Assembly: GCF_003334305.1 (NCBI RefSeq)
Contig: NZ_QOWS01000020.1
Strand: one strand, 5' to 3'
Length of the DNA stretch: 64,000 nucleotides
DNA from: Escherichia coli
Lineage (GTDB): Bacteria; Pseudomonadota; Gammaproteobacteria; Enterobacterales; Enterobacteriaceae
A model generated the notes under the pieces. The model saw only the letters and a program-made list of their open reading frames with translations. It searched no databases and was not told the origin of the DNA. The position numbers and the translations under genes were made by a program. Of the stretch, positions 11,000-22,438 are shown piece by piece. How positions within the stretch are numbered: position 1 is the first letter of the stretch; each line of letters opens with the position of its first letter.

Positions 11000-11225
11000 A
11001 GTGTATTACCTTTAATAATTAAGTGTGCCTTTCGGCGATATGGCGTGCTTTACAGATTTTGAAGCGTTAAAGGAATGTGCACTACGAGGGGTATCAACGA
11101 TAACTCTTGAAGGGACTTGCCTTACTACACTGCTTTAATGGTCTGTACGTCAAACCGTTGATGTGCATTAAGCCACGCATTGGCGGGTGATGCAACAATT
11201 ATTTTTCATATTTATGATTAATCGG
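11000..11225 (-). promoter_or_regulatory. cspA promoter and ~159-nt 5-prime UTR including the cold box
   Basis: Reverse complement of 11141-11158 gives ACGGTTTGACGTACAGAC (cspA mRNA 5-prime end / cold box); upstream minus-strand TTGCAT ... CTTAAT and an AT-rich UP-like region. Confidence 0.8.
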
Positions 11226-11279
11226 TTGGAAAACGGTCCTGTCATCAGGACCGTAAACAGCAATAAAGTGGATAAAAGT

Positions 11280-11570
11280 CTATTCCATCAACTGCTTACT
11301 TAATGCCGGGTTGGCTTGAATCAAACGCATCAATTTTAGTTCGGCACTTGAAGGCTTCACGCGTCTGGATTCCCATTCCTTTACCATGGCGACTGATACG
11401 CCCAAAACCCGGGCGAAATCATCGATTTTTAACCCTGTCCCTTTTCGTAACTGCTCAATTTCGGTACAGGACGTTGTTCTGTGCGTCAGGGTAATTTTCT
11501 GCGTTTCATCTTTAAAAACAATCTGTTCCAGGCTGCTCAACAGCTCATGCATTGGATCTTTATATTCCAT
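11280..11570 (-). CDS. yiaG: HTH (XRE-family) transcriptional regulator YiaG (96 aa)
   Basis: MEYKDPMHELLSSLEQ... with C-terminal HTH (DFARVLGVSVAMVKEWE); synteny. Confidence 0.85.
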   Translation of the reverse strand: MEYKDPMHELLSSLEQIVFKDETQKITLTHRTTSCTEIEQLRKGTGLKIDDFARVLGVSVAMVKEWESRRVKPSSAELKLMRLIQANPALSKQLME

Positions 11571-12003
11571 TGAAAACTCCTCAAATCACACTGCGGGATC
11601 GTGAATTGCATCGAAGCTCATTAAGAATAGTCGGGAAAAGCAGACACAGCGGGGTGAAGTCAGGGCATGCTCTGGCTATGATTCGATTCAGCCTGTCATT
11701 TAGCGTGACTTATAGCCACCTAACGATCTGATAAATGCCGATATATCTCTTACCACTCCTGTTTTGTAAAGATTTCGAAAATCTAACCTTCTGCGAAGGC
11801 GTAAATCTCTGGCTACAAAAAAGGCAACGGCACTATCATTTTTTAACAATGAAACAACAAATTAACCTTGTTTCATTTTCTCCATGATTTTACCAGGAAG
11901 ATTACGTAGAAAGGGTATCCTGCAAGCCTGTCCTGGACTATCCTTGTCACGTCAGACACGCGTGTGTCGTTGTGCGCTTTTTTTGGGTGAAAGGAGTAAG
12001 AAA

Positions 12004-12714
12004 ATGGCGACAGGAAAGTCCTGCTCTCGCTGGTTTGCGCCTCTTGCGGCGTTATTAATGGTAGTTAGCCTGAGTGGGTGTTTTGATAAAGAAGGCGATC
12101 AGCGTAAAGCGTTTATCGACTTCCTGCAGAATACAGTGATGCGTAGCGGTGAACGTCTACCAACCCTGACTGCCGATCAGAAAAAACAGTTTGGTCCTTT
12201 TGTCTCTGATTACGCGATTCTGTATGGTTATTCTCAGCAGGTGAATCAGGCGATGGATTCCGGTCTGCGCCCGGTCGTAGACAGCGTTAACGCAATTCGC
12301 GTACCGCAGGATTACGTTACGCAAAGCGGTCCGCTGCGTGAAATGAACGGTTCGCTGGGTGTGCTGGCGCAACAACTGCAAAATGCGAAGTTGCAGGCCG
12401 ATGCTGCGCACTCTGCGCTAAAACAGACCGATGATTTGAAACCGGTCTTTGATCAGGCATTCACCAAAGTGGTAACGACGCCAGCTGATGCATTGCAACC
12501 GTTGATTCCGGCTGCACAAACTTTCACGCAACAACTGGTGATGGTTGGAGACTACATTGCTCAGCAAGGTACTCAGGTGAGCTTTGTCGCAAATGGCATC
12601 CAGTTCCCGACTTCACAGCAGGCAAGTGAATATAACAAACTGATTGCGCCATTACCGGCACAACATCAGGCGTTTAATCAGGCCTGGACTACAGCAGTTA
12701 CTGCAACCCAATAA
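12004..12714 (+). CDS. yiaF: DUF3053 lipoprotein YiaF (236 aa)
   Basis: ATG at 12004 preceded by AAGGAG; MATGKSCSRWFAPLAALLMVVSLSGC lipoprotein signal; the track N-terminal extension is not used. Confidence 0.85.
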   Translation: MATGKSCSRWFAPLAALLMVVSLSGCFDKEGDQRKAFIDFLQNTVMRSGERLPTLTADQKKQFGPFVSDYAILYGYSQQVNQAMDSGLRPVVDSVNAIRVPQDYVTQSGPLREMNGSLGVLAQQLQNAKLQADAAHSALKQTDDLKPVFDQAFTKVVTTPADALQPLIPAAQTFTQQLVMVGDYIAQQGTQVSFVANGIQFPTSQQASEYNKLIAPLPAQHQAFNQAWTTAVTATQ

Positions 12715-12763
12715 AGAGTAAAAGCCCGAGCGATTATCGGGCTTTACTTCACGCAGTCGCGGC

Positions 12764-13738
12764 TTAGTCCGCGACGTGCGGATTCACACAGTTCTTCTCA
12801 ACCTTTCCTTGTAACGCATCAATCAAATTATCCACGGCACAGGCGGCCATGCCATAACGCGTCTCATGGGTGGCAGATCCAATATGCGGTACTGCGACGA
12901 CGTTGGCCATTGAGAGCAACGGCGAATCTACGGACAGTGGCTCTTGTTCGAAGACATCCAGCCCGGCGGCGTGAATTTCGCCTTTCTGCAATGCAGCAAT
13001 CAGTGCATTTTCATCAACCACCGGGCCACGTCCGGCATTAATGAAAATGGCGGAGGATTTCATTTTGGCGAATTGTTCTGCGCCAAACAGATGATGCGTC
13101 TCATCAGTTAACGGCAGGATCAGGCAAACGAAATCTGACTCTTGTAACAGAGTATCCAAATCGCAGTAGCGGGCGTTGAAGCGTTCTTCTGCTTCTTTAT
13201 GGTGGCGGCGCGCGTTATAGAGGATGGGCATGTTGAAGCCAAAGTGCGCACGTTGTGCCAGCGCCATACCGATCCGTCCCATCCCGACAATGCCCAGTGT
13301 TTTATGGTGAACGTCAGTGCCGTACCAGTCCGGGCCTATGCTCGCGGTCCATTCGCCTGCTTTTACCCGTTCTGCTACCTCCACAACCCGACGAGCGGTA
13401 GACAACACCAGCGCCATCAGCGTATCGGCGACGGTTTCTGTTAATACGGTTGGCGTGTGCATCAGCAGAATTTTTCGGGCGGTAAGCGCATCGACATCAA
13501 AATTGTCATAGCCGACGGAGATCGTTGATGTGGCACGCAGTTTCGGCATTTTTTCCAGCAATGCGGCATCAACATTCTCGTTTGAACCCAGTAAACCTTC
13601 AGCTTCGGCAAAAATTGCTGCATTTTGTTCGACGGTTTGTGGGCTGAGGTTTGCCACCTGGTGAACGGTGAAATGCTCTTGCAGGCGTTGCAGTAAATCA
13701 TCAGGTAAGGCTTTGTAGAGGATAACGGACGGCTTCAT
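12764..13738 (-). CDS. ghrB: glyoxylate/hydroxypyruvate reductase B (324 aa)
   Basis: [22 protein letters not shown]...; D-2-hydroxyacid dehydrogenase family with GxGxxG NAD-binding motif (GIVGMGRIG). Confidence 0.93.
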   Translation of the reverse strand: MKPSVILYKALPDDLLQRLQEHFTVHQVANLSPQTVEQNAAIFAEAEGLLGSNENVDAALLEKMPKLRATSTISVGYDNFDVDALTARKILLMHTPTVLTETVADTLMALVLSTARRVVEVAERVKAGEWTASIGPDWYGTDVHHKTLGIVGMGRIGMALAQRAHFGFNMPILYNARRHHKEAEERFNARYCDLDTLLQESDFVCLILPLTDETHHLFGAEQFAKMKSSAIFINAGRGPVVDENALIAALQKGEIHAAGLDVFEQEPLSVDSPLLSMANVVAVPHIGSATHETRYGMAACAVDNLIDALQGKVEKNCVNPHVAD

Positions 13739-13841
13739 GCTTCTCTCCATTCACTGATAAGGCGATCACCTTAGCCTGAAATATGATGAAGGAAAACTGA
13801 AGAATGCCAGGTGATTTCTGCATCACCTGGCATGAAAGGGA

Positions 13842-14501
13842 TTACAGCGGGCTTAAGGTAATTTCTACACGGCGGTTTTGCGCCTTACCTTCTGCGGTGC
13901 TGTTGCTGGCGATTGGGTTAGCCGGGCCAAGGCCCTGAGTACGGATGCGGCTGGCGTCCACGCCCTGGGTGATCAACGCGCTGGCAACGGAATCCGCACG
14001 TTGCTGGGAGAGACGCATGTTCAGGTCGTGACCACCCGTGCTGTCGGTATAACCAATCACGTTAACCGCCGTTTTCGGATACTCTTTCAGCACCATTGCC
14101 ACGCCGGTCAGGGTGTTAGCGCCCGCAGGTTTCAGGGTCGCGCTGCTGCTGTCGAAGGTCACATTGTTCGGCATATTGAGGATAATGTTATCCCCGCTGC
14201 GGGTTACGCTAACACCAGTGCCGCGCATTTTGTCACGCAGCTTCGCTTCCTGCACATCCATGTAATAACCCACGCCGCCGCCCAGAGCTGCGCCTGCTGC
14301 TGCGCCAATCAGCGCGCCTTTACCGCGATCTTTCTTCGAAGAAGAGAGCGCACCAATACCCGCGCCCACGAGAGAGCCCAGACCTGCGCCGATAGCAGAT
14401 TTACCTGCTTCGCGTTCGCCGGTGTAAGGGTTAGTTGTGCAGCCAGATACCGCCAGAGCGCCACTCACTACGGCGGCAATAAGATAAACACGTTTCTTCA
14501 T
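13842..14501 (-). CDS. yiaD: OmpA-domain outer membrane lipoprotein YiaD (219 aa)
   Basis: Lipobox AVSGC, Gly-rich region, C-terminal OmpA-like peptidoglycan-binding domain. Confidence 0.9.
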   Translation of the reverse strand: MKKRVYLIAAVVSGALAVSGCTTNPYTGEREAGKSAIGAGLGSLVGAGIGALSSSKKDRGKGALIGAAAGAALGGGVGYYMDVQEAKLRDKMRGTGVSVTRSGDNIILNMPNNVTFDSSSATLKPAGANTLTGVAMVLKEYPKTAVNVIGYTDSTGGHDLNMRLSQQRADSVASALITQGVDASRIRTQGLGPANPIASNSTAEGKAQNRRVEITLSPL

Positions 14502-14653
14502 TGTTAATCCTTAATAACCTTTTTATTCTTTGCCACGGGTTCCGTGGCGGGAGATTATGCCGCGTGAACATGAAGATTATTCCTGGGAATACTCGGAAAT
14601 TTGTAAGTAATATTTAACTGCTCAATACATCTAACCTTTCAGGAGTTTTCGGT

Positions 14654-16987
14654 TTGGCCAACTCATCCTCACGATATTCCGTTCTGACTGCCGCCCATTG
14701 GGGGCCCATGCTGGTTGAAACCGACGGCGAAACCGTGTTTAGCTCGCATGGCGCGTTAGCCACAGGAATGGAAAACTCCTTGCAGAGCGCGGTTCGCGAC
14801 CAGGTTCACAGCAATACACGGGTACGATTTCCAATGGTGCGCAAAGGCTTTCTTGCGTCACCGGAAAATCCGCAAGGCATTCGTGGGCAGGATGAATTTG
14901 TTCGCGTGAGTTGGGATGAGGCGCTGGATCTTATTCACCAACAACATAAACGCATTCGTGAGGCTTATGGTCCGGCATCGATTTTTGCTGGTTCCTACGG
15001 CTGGCGTTCAAACGGCGTGCTGCATAAGGCCTCGACATTATTACAACGCTATATGGCGCTGGCAGGCGGTTATACCGGGCATCTGGGGGATTATTCGACC
15101 GGCGCGGCACAGGCGATCATGCCGTATGTCGTGGGTGGTAGCGAAGTTTATCAACAGCAAACCAGTTGGCCGCTGGTGCTGGAACATAGCGATGTCGTGG
15201 TGTTGTGGAGTGCTAACCCACTCAATACGCTGAAAATTGCGTGGAATGCATCTGATGAGCAGGGGCTTTCTTACTTTTCCGCACTGCGTGACAGCGGGAA
15301 AAAGCTGATCTGTATTGATCCAATGCGATCGGAAACCGTCGATTTCTTTGGCGATAAAATGGAGTGGGTGGCACCGCACATGGGCACCGATGTTGCGCTG
15401 ATGCTGGGGATCGCCCATACGCTGGTGGAAAATGGTTGGCACGACGAAGCGTTTCTGACGCGTTGCACCACAGGTTATGCCGTCTTCGCCTCTTATTTGC
15501 TGGGCGAGAGTGACGGAATAGCGAAAAACGCCGAATGGGCGGCAGAGATTTGTGGGGTTAACGCAGCGAAAATCCGCGAGCTGGCGGCTCTTTTCCACCA
15601 AAACACGACCATGCTGATGGCTGGCTGGGGAATGCAGCGCCAACAGTTTGGTGAGCAAAAACACTGGATGATCGTCACGCTGGCGGCAATGTTGGGGCAA
15701 ATCGGCACACCCGGCGGCGGTTTTGGTCTTTCTTATCATTTTGCCAATGGTGGTAACCCCACGCGGCGTTCTGCGGTGCTCTCTTCCATGCAGGGCAGCT
15801 TGCCGGGTGGCTGCGATGCGGTGGATAAAATCCCTGTTGCCCGCATTGTTGAAGCACTGGAAAACCCTGGTGGCGCATATCAACACAACGGTATGAACCG
15901 ACATTTCCCGGATATTCGTTTTATCTGGTGGGCGGGCGGTGCCAACTTTACTCATCATCAGGATACCAATCGTCTGATCCGTGCCTGGCAAAAACCGGAG
16001 CTGGTGGTGATCTCTGAATGCTTCTGGACGGCGGCGGCGAAACACGCGGATATCGTTCTGCCTGCGACTACCTCTTTTGAGCGTAATGATCTCACCATGA
16101 CCGGTGATTACAGTAATCAGCATCTGGTGCCGATGAAGCAAGTGGTGCCGCCACGCTATGAAGCGCGTAATGATTTTGATGTTTTTGCCGAGTTGAGTGA
16201 ACGTTGGGAGAAGGGCGGCTATGCGCGGTTTACGGAAGGAAAAAGTCAGCTGCAATGGCTGGAAACGTTTTATAACGTTGCCCGGCAGCGCGGGGCAAGC
16301 CAGCAGGTTGAATTGCCGCCATTTGCTGAGTTCTGGCAAGCCAACCAGTTAATTGAGATGCCGGAAAACCCGGACAGCGAGCGGTTTATTCGCTTCGCTG
16401 ATTTTTGCCGCGATCCGCTGGCGCATCCGTTAAAAACCGCCAGCGGCAAGATTGAAATCTTCTCACAGCGTATTGCCGATTACGGTTACCCGGATTGCCC
16501 TGGGCATCCAATGTGGCTGGAGCCGGACGAATGGCAGGGCAATGCCGAACCAGAACAGTTGCAGGTACTTTCTGCCCATCCGGCGCACCGCCTGCACAGC
16601 CAGCTGAATTACAGTTCTCTGCGCGAATTGTACGCGGTAGCAAACCGTGAGCCTGTCACCATTCATCCTGACGATGCTCAGGCGCGCGGCATAACCGAAG
16701 GGGATATGGTGCGGGTGTGGAACTCCCGTGGGCAGATCCTTGCCGGAGCGGTCATTAGCGAGGGAATTAAACCTGGCGTGATTTGCATTCACGAAGGGGC
16801 ATGGCCGGATCTGGATTTAACCGCTGACGGTATTTGTAAAAACGGCGCAGTGAACGTGCTGACCAAAGATCTCCCCAGCTCGCGGCTGGGGAATGGCTGT
16901 GCGGGTAATACGGCGCTGGCATGGCTGGAAAAATACAACGGTCCGGAACTGACACTTACAGCGTTTGAACCACCGGCCAGCTCATAA
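14654..16987 (+). CDS. bisC: biotin sulfoxide reductase, molybdopterin oxidoreductase (777 aa)
   Basis: [25 protein letters not shown]...; the track ORF begins with a TTG codon at 14654. Confidence 0.93.
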   Translation: MANSSSRYSVLTAAHWGPMLVETDGETVFSSHGALATGMENSLQSAVRDQVHSNTRVRFPMVRKGFLASPENPQGIRGQDEFVRVSWDEALDLIHQQHKRIREAYGPASIFAGSYGWRSNGVLHKASTLLQRYMALAGGYTGHLGDYSTGAAQAIMPYVVGGSEVYQQQTSWPLVLEHSDVVVLWSANPLNTLKIAWNASDEQGLSYFSALRDSGKKLICIDPMRSETVDFFGDKMEWVAPHMGTDVALMLGIAHTLVENGWHDEAFLTRCTTGYAVFASYLLGESDGIAKNAEWAAEICGVNAAKIRELAALFHQNTTMLMAGWGMQRQQFGEQKHWMIVTLAAMLGQIGTPGGGFGLSYHFANGGNPTRRSAVLSSMQGSLPGGCDAVDKIPVARIVEALENPGGAYQHNGMNRHFPDIRFIWWAGGANFTHHQDTNRLIRAWQKPELVVISECFWTAAAKHADIVLPATTSFERNDLTMTGDYSNQHLVPMKQVVPPRYEARNDFDVFAELSERWEKGGYARFTEGKSQLQWLETFYNVARQRGASQQVELPPFAEFWQANQLIEMPENPDSERFIRFADFCRDPLAHPLKTASGKIEIFSQRIADYGYPDCPGHPMWLEPDEWQGNAEPEQLQVLSAHPAHRLHSQLNYSSLRELYAVANREPVTIHPDDAQARGITEGDMVRVWNSRGQILAGAVISEGIKPGVICIHEGAWPDLDLTADGICKNGAVNVLTKDLPSSRLGNGCAGNTALAWLEKYNGPELTLTAFEPPASS

Positions 16988-17396
16988 TCCAGGTGGGTAG
17001 TTGGGTTTCATCCTGCCATGCGCAATCGACAATGTGAAAACCCTGCGCACGGTAAAAATCTATCGCCGGTTGATTTTTTTGATAAACCTCCAGCATCAGA
17101 TGGGGATAGCGCTGCTGCACATACTGCATCAGCGCCTTACCAATACCGCGTCTGACGGCCTTCGGTGCGACAAACATTGCTGCCAGAAATCGGCCTTCCA
17201 TAATGCTGACAAAACCGAGAAGCTTACCGTCCTCTTCCCAGACCCAGTTTTGCGCGTTGGCAAGATAGGCATCCCGCACCAGCGGAATGCAGTCACGCCA
17301 GTAATTCGCTTTTATAAAGGGATGCCCCCAGGTTGTACTTTCCAGCCACAGTTCGAGGATCGCGGGGAGTTCTGAACGTTGCGCTTCCCGAATCAT
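16956..17396 (-). CDS. yiaC: GNAT-family N-acetyltransferase YiaC (146 aa)
   Basis: [17 protein letters not shown]... acetyltransferase fold; 3-prime end overlaps the bisC 3-prime end by 32 bp (convergent). Confidence 0.88.
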   Translation of the reverse strand: MIREAQRSELPAILELWLESTTWGHPFIKANYWRDCIPLVRDAYLANAQNWVWEEDGKLLGFVSIMEGRFLAAMFVAPKAVRRGIGKALMQYVQQRYPHLMLEVYQKNQPAIDFYRAQGFHIVDCAWQDETQLPTWIMSWPVVQTL

Positions 17397-17956
17397 GGTT
17401 TATTTCCCGGATAGCAACAGCAGCCAACCACATGATCATTCACCAGCCCACATGCCTGCATAAAGGAGTAACAGATTGTGGTGCCGACAAACTTAAAACC
17501 ACGCTTTTTCAGGGCTTTAGATAGAGCGTCGGAGGCGGACGTAGATGTGGGAATTTCGCTCAACGTTGTGGCTTGTGTCACCTGTGGCTGATGATTTACA
17601 AACGACCAGACAAAGTCGGCAAACGGTTCGCCGTTCTGTTCCATTTGCAGGTACGCCCGCGCATTACCAATAATTGCCTGAATTTTCCCTCGATGGCGGA
17701 TAATCCCGGCGTCCTGTACCAGTCTTTCGACATCCTCTTCCTGCATTGCTGCGACCTTCACCGGATCGAACTGATGAAAGCAGGCGCGATAGTTTTCGCG
17801 TTTTTTGAGGACGGTGATCCACGATAACCCAGCCTGCTGCCCTTCAAGGCAGATCATTTCGAACAGTTTTTTACTGTCAGTTTCAGGCACGCCCCATTCA
17901 TTATCATGGTAGGCAATATAAAGCGGGTCCTGACTCACCCAGCCGCAACGTTCCAT
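17393..17956 (-). CDS. tag: DNA-3-methyladenine glycosylase I (187 aa)
   Basis: Track ORF trimmed to MERCGWVSQDPLYIAYHDNEWGVPE...; stop overlaps the yiaC start (4-bp overlap). Confidence 0.95.
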   Translation of the reverse strand: MERCGWVSQDPLYIAYHDNEWGVPETDSKKLFEMICLEGQQAGLSWITVLKKRENYRACFHQFDPVKVAAMQEEDVERLVQDAGIIRHRGKIQAIIGNARAYLQMEQNGEPFADFVWSFVNHQPQVTQATTLSEIPTSTSASDALSKALKKRGFKFVGTTICYSFMQACGLVNDHVVGCCCYPGNKP

Positions 17957-18113
17957 ACTTTCCCTCGCTATGTACCCGATCGTAAAAATTTCAGCCGCTT
18001 TTCTTGACGCATCGGTGAAAAAGTCAATATTTAATACAGGGCTACTATGCCCGATATCCTTCATACAATGACAATAATATTGCCGAATTCGGCTCTTCCC
18101 TGGAGTCGTGTTA

Positions 18114-18812
18114 ATGATCATAAAAAAAAGCGGTGGTCGCTGGCAGCTAAGCCTGCTGGCGAGCGTGGTAATCAGTGCCTTTTTTCTCAACACAGCTTAC
18201 GCCTGGCAACAAGAATATATCGTTGATACGCAACCCGGACATTCCACAGAGCGTTACACCTGGGATAGTGATCATCAACCTGATTACAACGATATTTTGT
18301 CGCAACGTATTCAAAGTAGCCAAAGGGCGCTGGGACTGGAAGTCAATCTGGCGGAAGAAACTCCTGTGGATGTGACCAGCAGTATGAGTATGGGCTGGAA
18401 TTTTCCTTTATATGAACAGGTTACAACCGGCCCGGTCGCGGCATTACATTACGATGGCACAACCACCTCGATGTATAACGAGTTTGGCGACAGTACTACC
18501 ACGCTGACCGATCCGTTATGGCATGCCAGCGTGAGTAGCTTAGGCTGGCGTGTTGACTCCCGGCTTGGCGATCTCCGACCCTGGGCGCAAATCAGCTATA
18601 ACCAGCAATTTGGCGAGAATATCTGGAAGGCGCAATCAGGCCTGAGCCGGATGACGGCGACAAACCAGAACGGCAACTGGCTGGATGTCACCGTAGGCGC
18701 TGATATGTTGCTCAATCAAAATATTGCCGCCTATGCCGCGCTAACTCAGGCAGAAAATACCACTAATAATAGCGACTATCTGTATACGATGGGGGTTAGT
18801 GCCAGATTTTAA
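18114..18812 (+). CDS. yhjY: uncharacterised protein YhjY (232 aa)
   Basis: MIIKKSGGRWQLSLLASVVISAFFLNTAYA signal peptide; called from synteny and length. Confidence 0.8.
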   Translation: MIIKKSGGRWQLSLLASVVISAFFLNTAYAWQQEYIVDTQPGHSTERYTWDSDHQPDYNDILSQRIQSSQRALGLEVNLAEETPVDVTSSMSMGWNFPLYEQVTTGPVAALHYDGTTTSMYNEFGDSTTTLTDPLWHASVSSLGWRVDSRLGDLRPWAQISYNQQFGENIWKAQSGLSRMTATNQNGNWLDVTVGADMLLNQNIAAYAALTQAENTTNNSDYLYTMGVSARF

Positions 18813-18926
18813 CGTAACAGTCACAATTGAAACCATTGAATAACAACAGTTGTGGCGATAGTGGGTGCTAACTTACCAAATAATAAATTTGGTGAATAAT
18901 TGTCGCGTCATTCATTCCTGAACTAA

Positions 18927-18957
18927 GGCATTTCATTCCGTTCTGATGGCATTTCAT
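18927..18957 (+). promoter_or_regulatory. YpdB-type direct-repeat operator in the yhjX promoter
   Basis: GGCATTTCAT (18927-18936), 11-bp spacer, GGCATTTCAT (18948-18957), ~85 bp upstream of the yhjX ATG. Confidence 0.7.
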
Positions 18958-19040
18958 GCCGTTTTTCCCCAGGCATAAAGTGCACTTCGTTATGGTTGTC
19001 GGCAGAGATTTTTCCTTTTTATTACTGCAGGAATACTGCC

Positions 19041-20249
19041 ATGACACCTTCAAATTATCAGCGTACCCGCTGGCTGACACTCATCGGTACAATCATTACC
19101 CAGTTTGCGCTGGGGTCGGTTTATACCTGGAGCCTGTTTAATGGCGCGCTTTCCGCCAAGCTGGATGCGCCGGTAAGCCAGGTCGCTTTCTCTTTCGGCT
19201 TGTTAAGTCTGGGGCTGGCAATTTCGTCTTCTGTTGCGGGCAAATTGCAGGAACGTTTTGGCGTTAAACGCGTCACCATGGCTTCCGGCATTTTGCTGGG
19301 ATTAGGCTTCTTCCTGACCGCGCATTCCAACAACCTGATGATGCTGTGGTTAAGCGCCGGTGTGCTGGTCGGTCTGGCGGATGGCGCGGGTTACCTGCTG
19401 ACGCTCTCTAACTGCGTGAAGTGGTTCCCGGAGCGTAAAGGTCTGATCTCCGCGTTCGCTATCGGTTCTTATGGTCTGGGTAGCCTGGGTTTCAAATTTA
19501 TCGACACGCAGCTGCTCGAAACGGTGGGTTTGGAAAAAACATTTGTGATTTGGGGAGCGATTGCGCTGGTGATGATTGTTTTCGGCGCAACGTTAATGAA
19601 AGACGCACCAAAACAGGAAGTGAAAACCAGCAATGGTGTGGTGGAGAAAGATTACACGCTGGCAGAGTCGATGCGTAAACCGCAGTACTGGATGTTAGCG
19701 GTAATGTTCCTGACTGCCTGCATGAGCGGCCTGTACGTGATTGGGGTAGCGAAAGATATCGCCCAAAGTCTGGCACACCTTGATGTGGTTTCCGCAGCCA
19801 ATGCAGTCACTGTTATTTCCATCGCTAACCTTTCAGGTCGTCTGGTGCTGGGCATTCTGTCTGACAAAATTGCCCGTATCCGTGTTATCACCATTGGTCA
19901 GGTGATTTCGCTGGTGGGTATGGCGGCCCTGCTGTTTGCACCATTAAATGCAGTGACGTTCTTTGCAGCGATTGCCTGCGTGGCATTTAACTTTGGCGGC
20001 ACTATTACCGTCTTTCCATCACTGGTCAGTGAGTTCTTCGGCCTCAATAACCTGGCGAAAAACTACGGTGTGATTTACCTCGGTTTCGGTATCGGTAGCA
20101 TTTTTGGTTCGATTATCGCCTCACTGTTTGGCGGTTTCTATGTGACCTTCTACGTGATTTTCGCCCTGCTGATTCTGTCATTGGCGCTTTCTACGACGAT
20201 TCGTCAGCCAGAGCAGAAAATGTTGCGTGAGGCGCATGGCTCCCTTTAA
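19041..20249 (+). CDS. yhjX: MFS transporter YhjX (402 aa)
   Basis: MTPSNYQRTRWLTLIGTIITQFALGSVYTWSLFNG...; 12-TM oxalate/formate antiporter-like MFS protein. Confidence 0.9.
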   Translation: MTPSNYQRTRWLTLIGTIITQFALGSVYTWSLFNGALSAKLDAPVSQVAFSFGLLSLGLAISSSVAGKLQERFGVKRVTMASGILLGLGFFLTAHSNNLMMLWLSAGVLVGLADGAGYLLTLSNCVKWFPERKGLISAFAIGSYGLGSLGFKFIDTQLLETVGLEKTFVIWGAIALVMIVFGATLMKDAPKQEVKTSNGVVEKDYTLAESMRKPQYWMLAVMFLTACMSGLYVIGVAKDIAQSLAHLDVVSAANAVTVISIANLSGRLVLGILSDKIARIRVITIGQVISLVGMAALLFAPLNAVTFFAAIACVAFNFGGTITVFPSLVSEFFGLNNLAKNYGVIYLGFGIGSIFGSIIASLFGGFYVTFYVIFALLILSLALSTTIRQPEQKMLREAHGSL

Positions 20250-20323
20250 TGCTCAGCCGCGAGCTACTGGGCTTCAGCTTCCGTGTGCATCAAACGCATC
20301 AACGAAATGTATAAACAATGACT

Positions 20324-20349
20324 CGTAAAATTTGGGCCAGTTAACTGGC
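20324..20349 (+). terminator. rho-independent terminator of yhjX
   Basis: GGGCCAGTTAACTGGCCC hairpin followed by TTTTT. Confidence 0.75.
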
Positions 20350-20572
20350 CCTTTTTACTGCTTTTTGTAACGCTAAAGTCTCTTTTCAAACTTGCATTTT
20401 TGTAAATTTGTGCTTCATGCACACTCTTTCCCCACACTTTTTCGCTTTGCTGTGGTCTACTTATTCGCGCGTGTAGATTTTACTTATCTGACTACCTCCG
20501 CACTTTTCCCCTGCCGGGCCTGAAAAGCCGCTAAGCAGGGTGTTATCACCTGTTTGTCCAGGGTTTGTTTGC

Positions 20573-22264
20573 ATGAGATACATCAAATCGATTACACAGC
20601 AGAAGCTGAGCTTTTTGCTTGCAATCTATATTGGCCTTTTTATGAATGGCGCGGTTTTTTATCGCCGCTTCGGCAGCTATGCGCACGATTTTACCGTCTG
20701 GAAAGGCGTTTCTGCCGTTGTTGAACTGGCCGCCACCGTACTGGTGACCTTCTTTTTACTACGTCTTCTATCGCTGTTTGGCCGCCGCAGCTGGCGTATT
20801 CTGGCGTCGCTGGTGGTGCTCTTTTCCGCAGGTGCCAGCTATTACATGACCTTCCTTAATGTGGTCATTGGTTATGGCATCATCGCTTCCGTCATGACCA
20901 CCGATATCGACCTGTCAAAAGAAGTTGTTGGTCTGAACTTTATTCTCTGGTTAATCGCCGTTAGTGCATTGCCTCTTATCCTTATCTGGAATAACCGCTG
21001 TCGCTACACCTTGCTCCGACAACTGCGAACCCCAGGGCAGCGTATTCGCAGCCTGGCGGTCGTCGTACTGGCGGGTATTATGGTTTGGGCACCGATTCGT
21101 TTGCTGGATATCCAGCAGAAGAAAGTGGAGAGGGCGACCGGCGTTGATTTGCCGAGTTATGGCGGTGTCGTAGCGAACTCTTATCTGCCATCAAACTGGC
21201 TTTCTGCGTTGGGGCTGTATGCCTGGGCGCGGGTCGATGAATCTTCCGATAATAATTCATTGCTTAATCCGGCGAAGAAATTCACTTATCAGGCACCGCA
21301 AAACGTTGATGACACTTATGTCGTGTTTATCATCGGTGAAACCACGCGTTGGGACCATATGGGCATTTTCGGCTATGAGCGTAATACCACGCCGAAACTG
21401 GCCCAGGAGAAAAATCTGGCGGCGTTCCGTGGTTACTCCTGTGATACCGCAACCAAACTCTCACTGCGTTGCATGTTTGTACGTCAGGGGGGCGCGGAAG
21501 ATAATCCGCAGCGCACATTAAAAGAACAGAACATTTTCGCGGTTCTGAAGCAGTTAGGATTCAGTTCTGACCTCTACGCTATGCAGAGCGAAATGTGGTT
21601 CTACAGCAACACGATGGCGGACAACATTGCTTATCGTGAGCAGATTGGTGCGGAGCCACGTAATCGTGGCAAGCCGGTAGATGATATGTTGCTGGTAGAC
21701 GAAATGCAGCAATCGCTAGGGCGCAACCCGGATGGTAAGCATCTGATCATTCTGCATACCAAAGGTTCGCATTTTAACTACACCCAGCGTTATCCGCGTA
21801 GCTTCGCGCAGTGGAAGCCGGAATGTATTGGTGTTGATAGCGGCTGTACCAAAGCGCAGATGATCAACTCCTATGACAACTCGGTGACCTATGTGGATCA
21901 CTTTATCTCCAGCGTGATTGATCAGGTTCGCGATAAGAAAGCGATTGTGTTCTACGCAGCTGACCACGGTGAGTCAATTAATGAACGCGAGCACCTGCAC
22001 GGCACGCCGCGTGAACTGGCACCGCCGGAGCAGTTCCGCGTACCGATGATGGTCTGGATGTCAGATAAATATCTGGAAAATCCGGCCAATGCTCAGGCAT
22101 TTGCGCAGCTGAAAAAAGAAGCCGACATGAAAGTGCCACGCCGTCATGTAGAGCTGTACGACACCATCATGGGTTGTCTTGGCTATACTTCACCGGATGG
22201 TGGAATTAACGAAAACAACAACTGGTGTCACATCCCGCAGACAAAAGTGGCAGCGGCTAACTAA
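20573..22264 (+). CDS. eptB: Kdo2-lipid A phosphoethanolamine transferase EptB (563 aa)
   Basis: Track ORF trimmed to [21 protein letters not shown]...; N-terminal TM domain plus sulfatase-like domain. Confidence 0.92.
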   Translation: MRYIKSITQQKLSFLLAIYIGLFMNGAVFYRRFGSYAHDFTVWKGVSAVVELAATVLVTFFLLRLLSLFGRRSWRILASLVVLFSAGASYYMTFLNVVIGYGIIASVMTTDIDLSKEVVGLNFILWLIAVSALPLILIWNNRCRYTLLRQLRTPGQRIRSLAVVVLAGIMVWAPIRLLDIQQKKVERATGVDLPSYGGVVANSYLPSNWLSALGLYAWARVDESSDNNSLLNPAKKFTYQAPQNVDDTYVVFIIGETTRWDHMGIFGYERNTTPKLAQEKNLAAFRGYSCDTATKLSLRCMFVRQGGAEDNPQRTLKEQNIFAVLKQLGFSSDLYAMQSEMWFYSNTMADNIAYREQIGAEPRNRGKPVDDMLLVDEMQQSLGRNPDGKHLIILHTKGSHFNYTQRYPRSFAQWKPECIGVDSGCTKAQMINSYDNSVTYVDHFISSVIDQVRDKKAIVFYAADHGESINEREHLHGTPRELAPPEQFRVPMMVWMSDKYLENPANAQAFAQLKKEADMKVPRRHVELYDTIMGCLGYTSPDGGINENNNWCHIPQTKVAAAN

Positions 22265-22355
22265 GCGGCCTGCTGACTTTCTCGCCGATCAAAAGGCATT
22301 TTGCTATTAAGGGATTGACGAGGGCGTATCTGCGCAGTAAGATGCGCCCCGCATT

Positions 22356-22432
<77 letters not shown>

Positions 22433-22438
22433 AATTCG

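Noticed and set aside
10640-11062. 140-aa ORF on the plus strand
   Set aside because: Antisense to cspA and its 5-prime UTR.
15041-16339. 432-aa ORF on the minus strand
   Set aside because: Antisense to bisC; no recognisable domain, and the region is fully explained by bisC.
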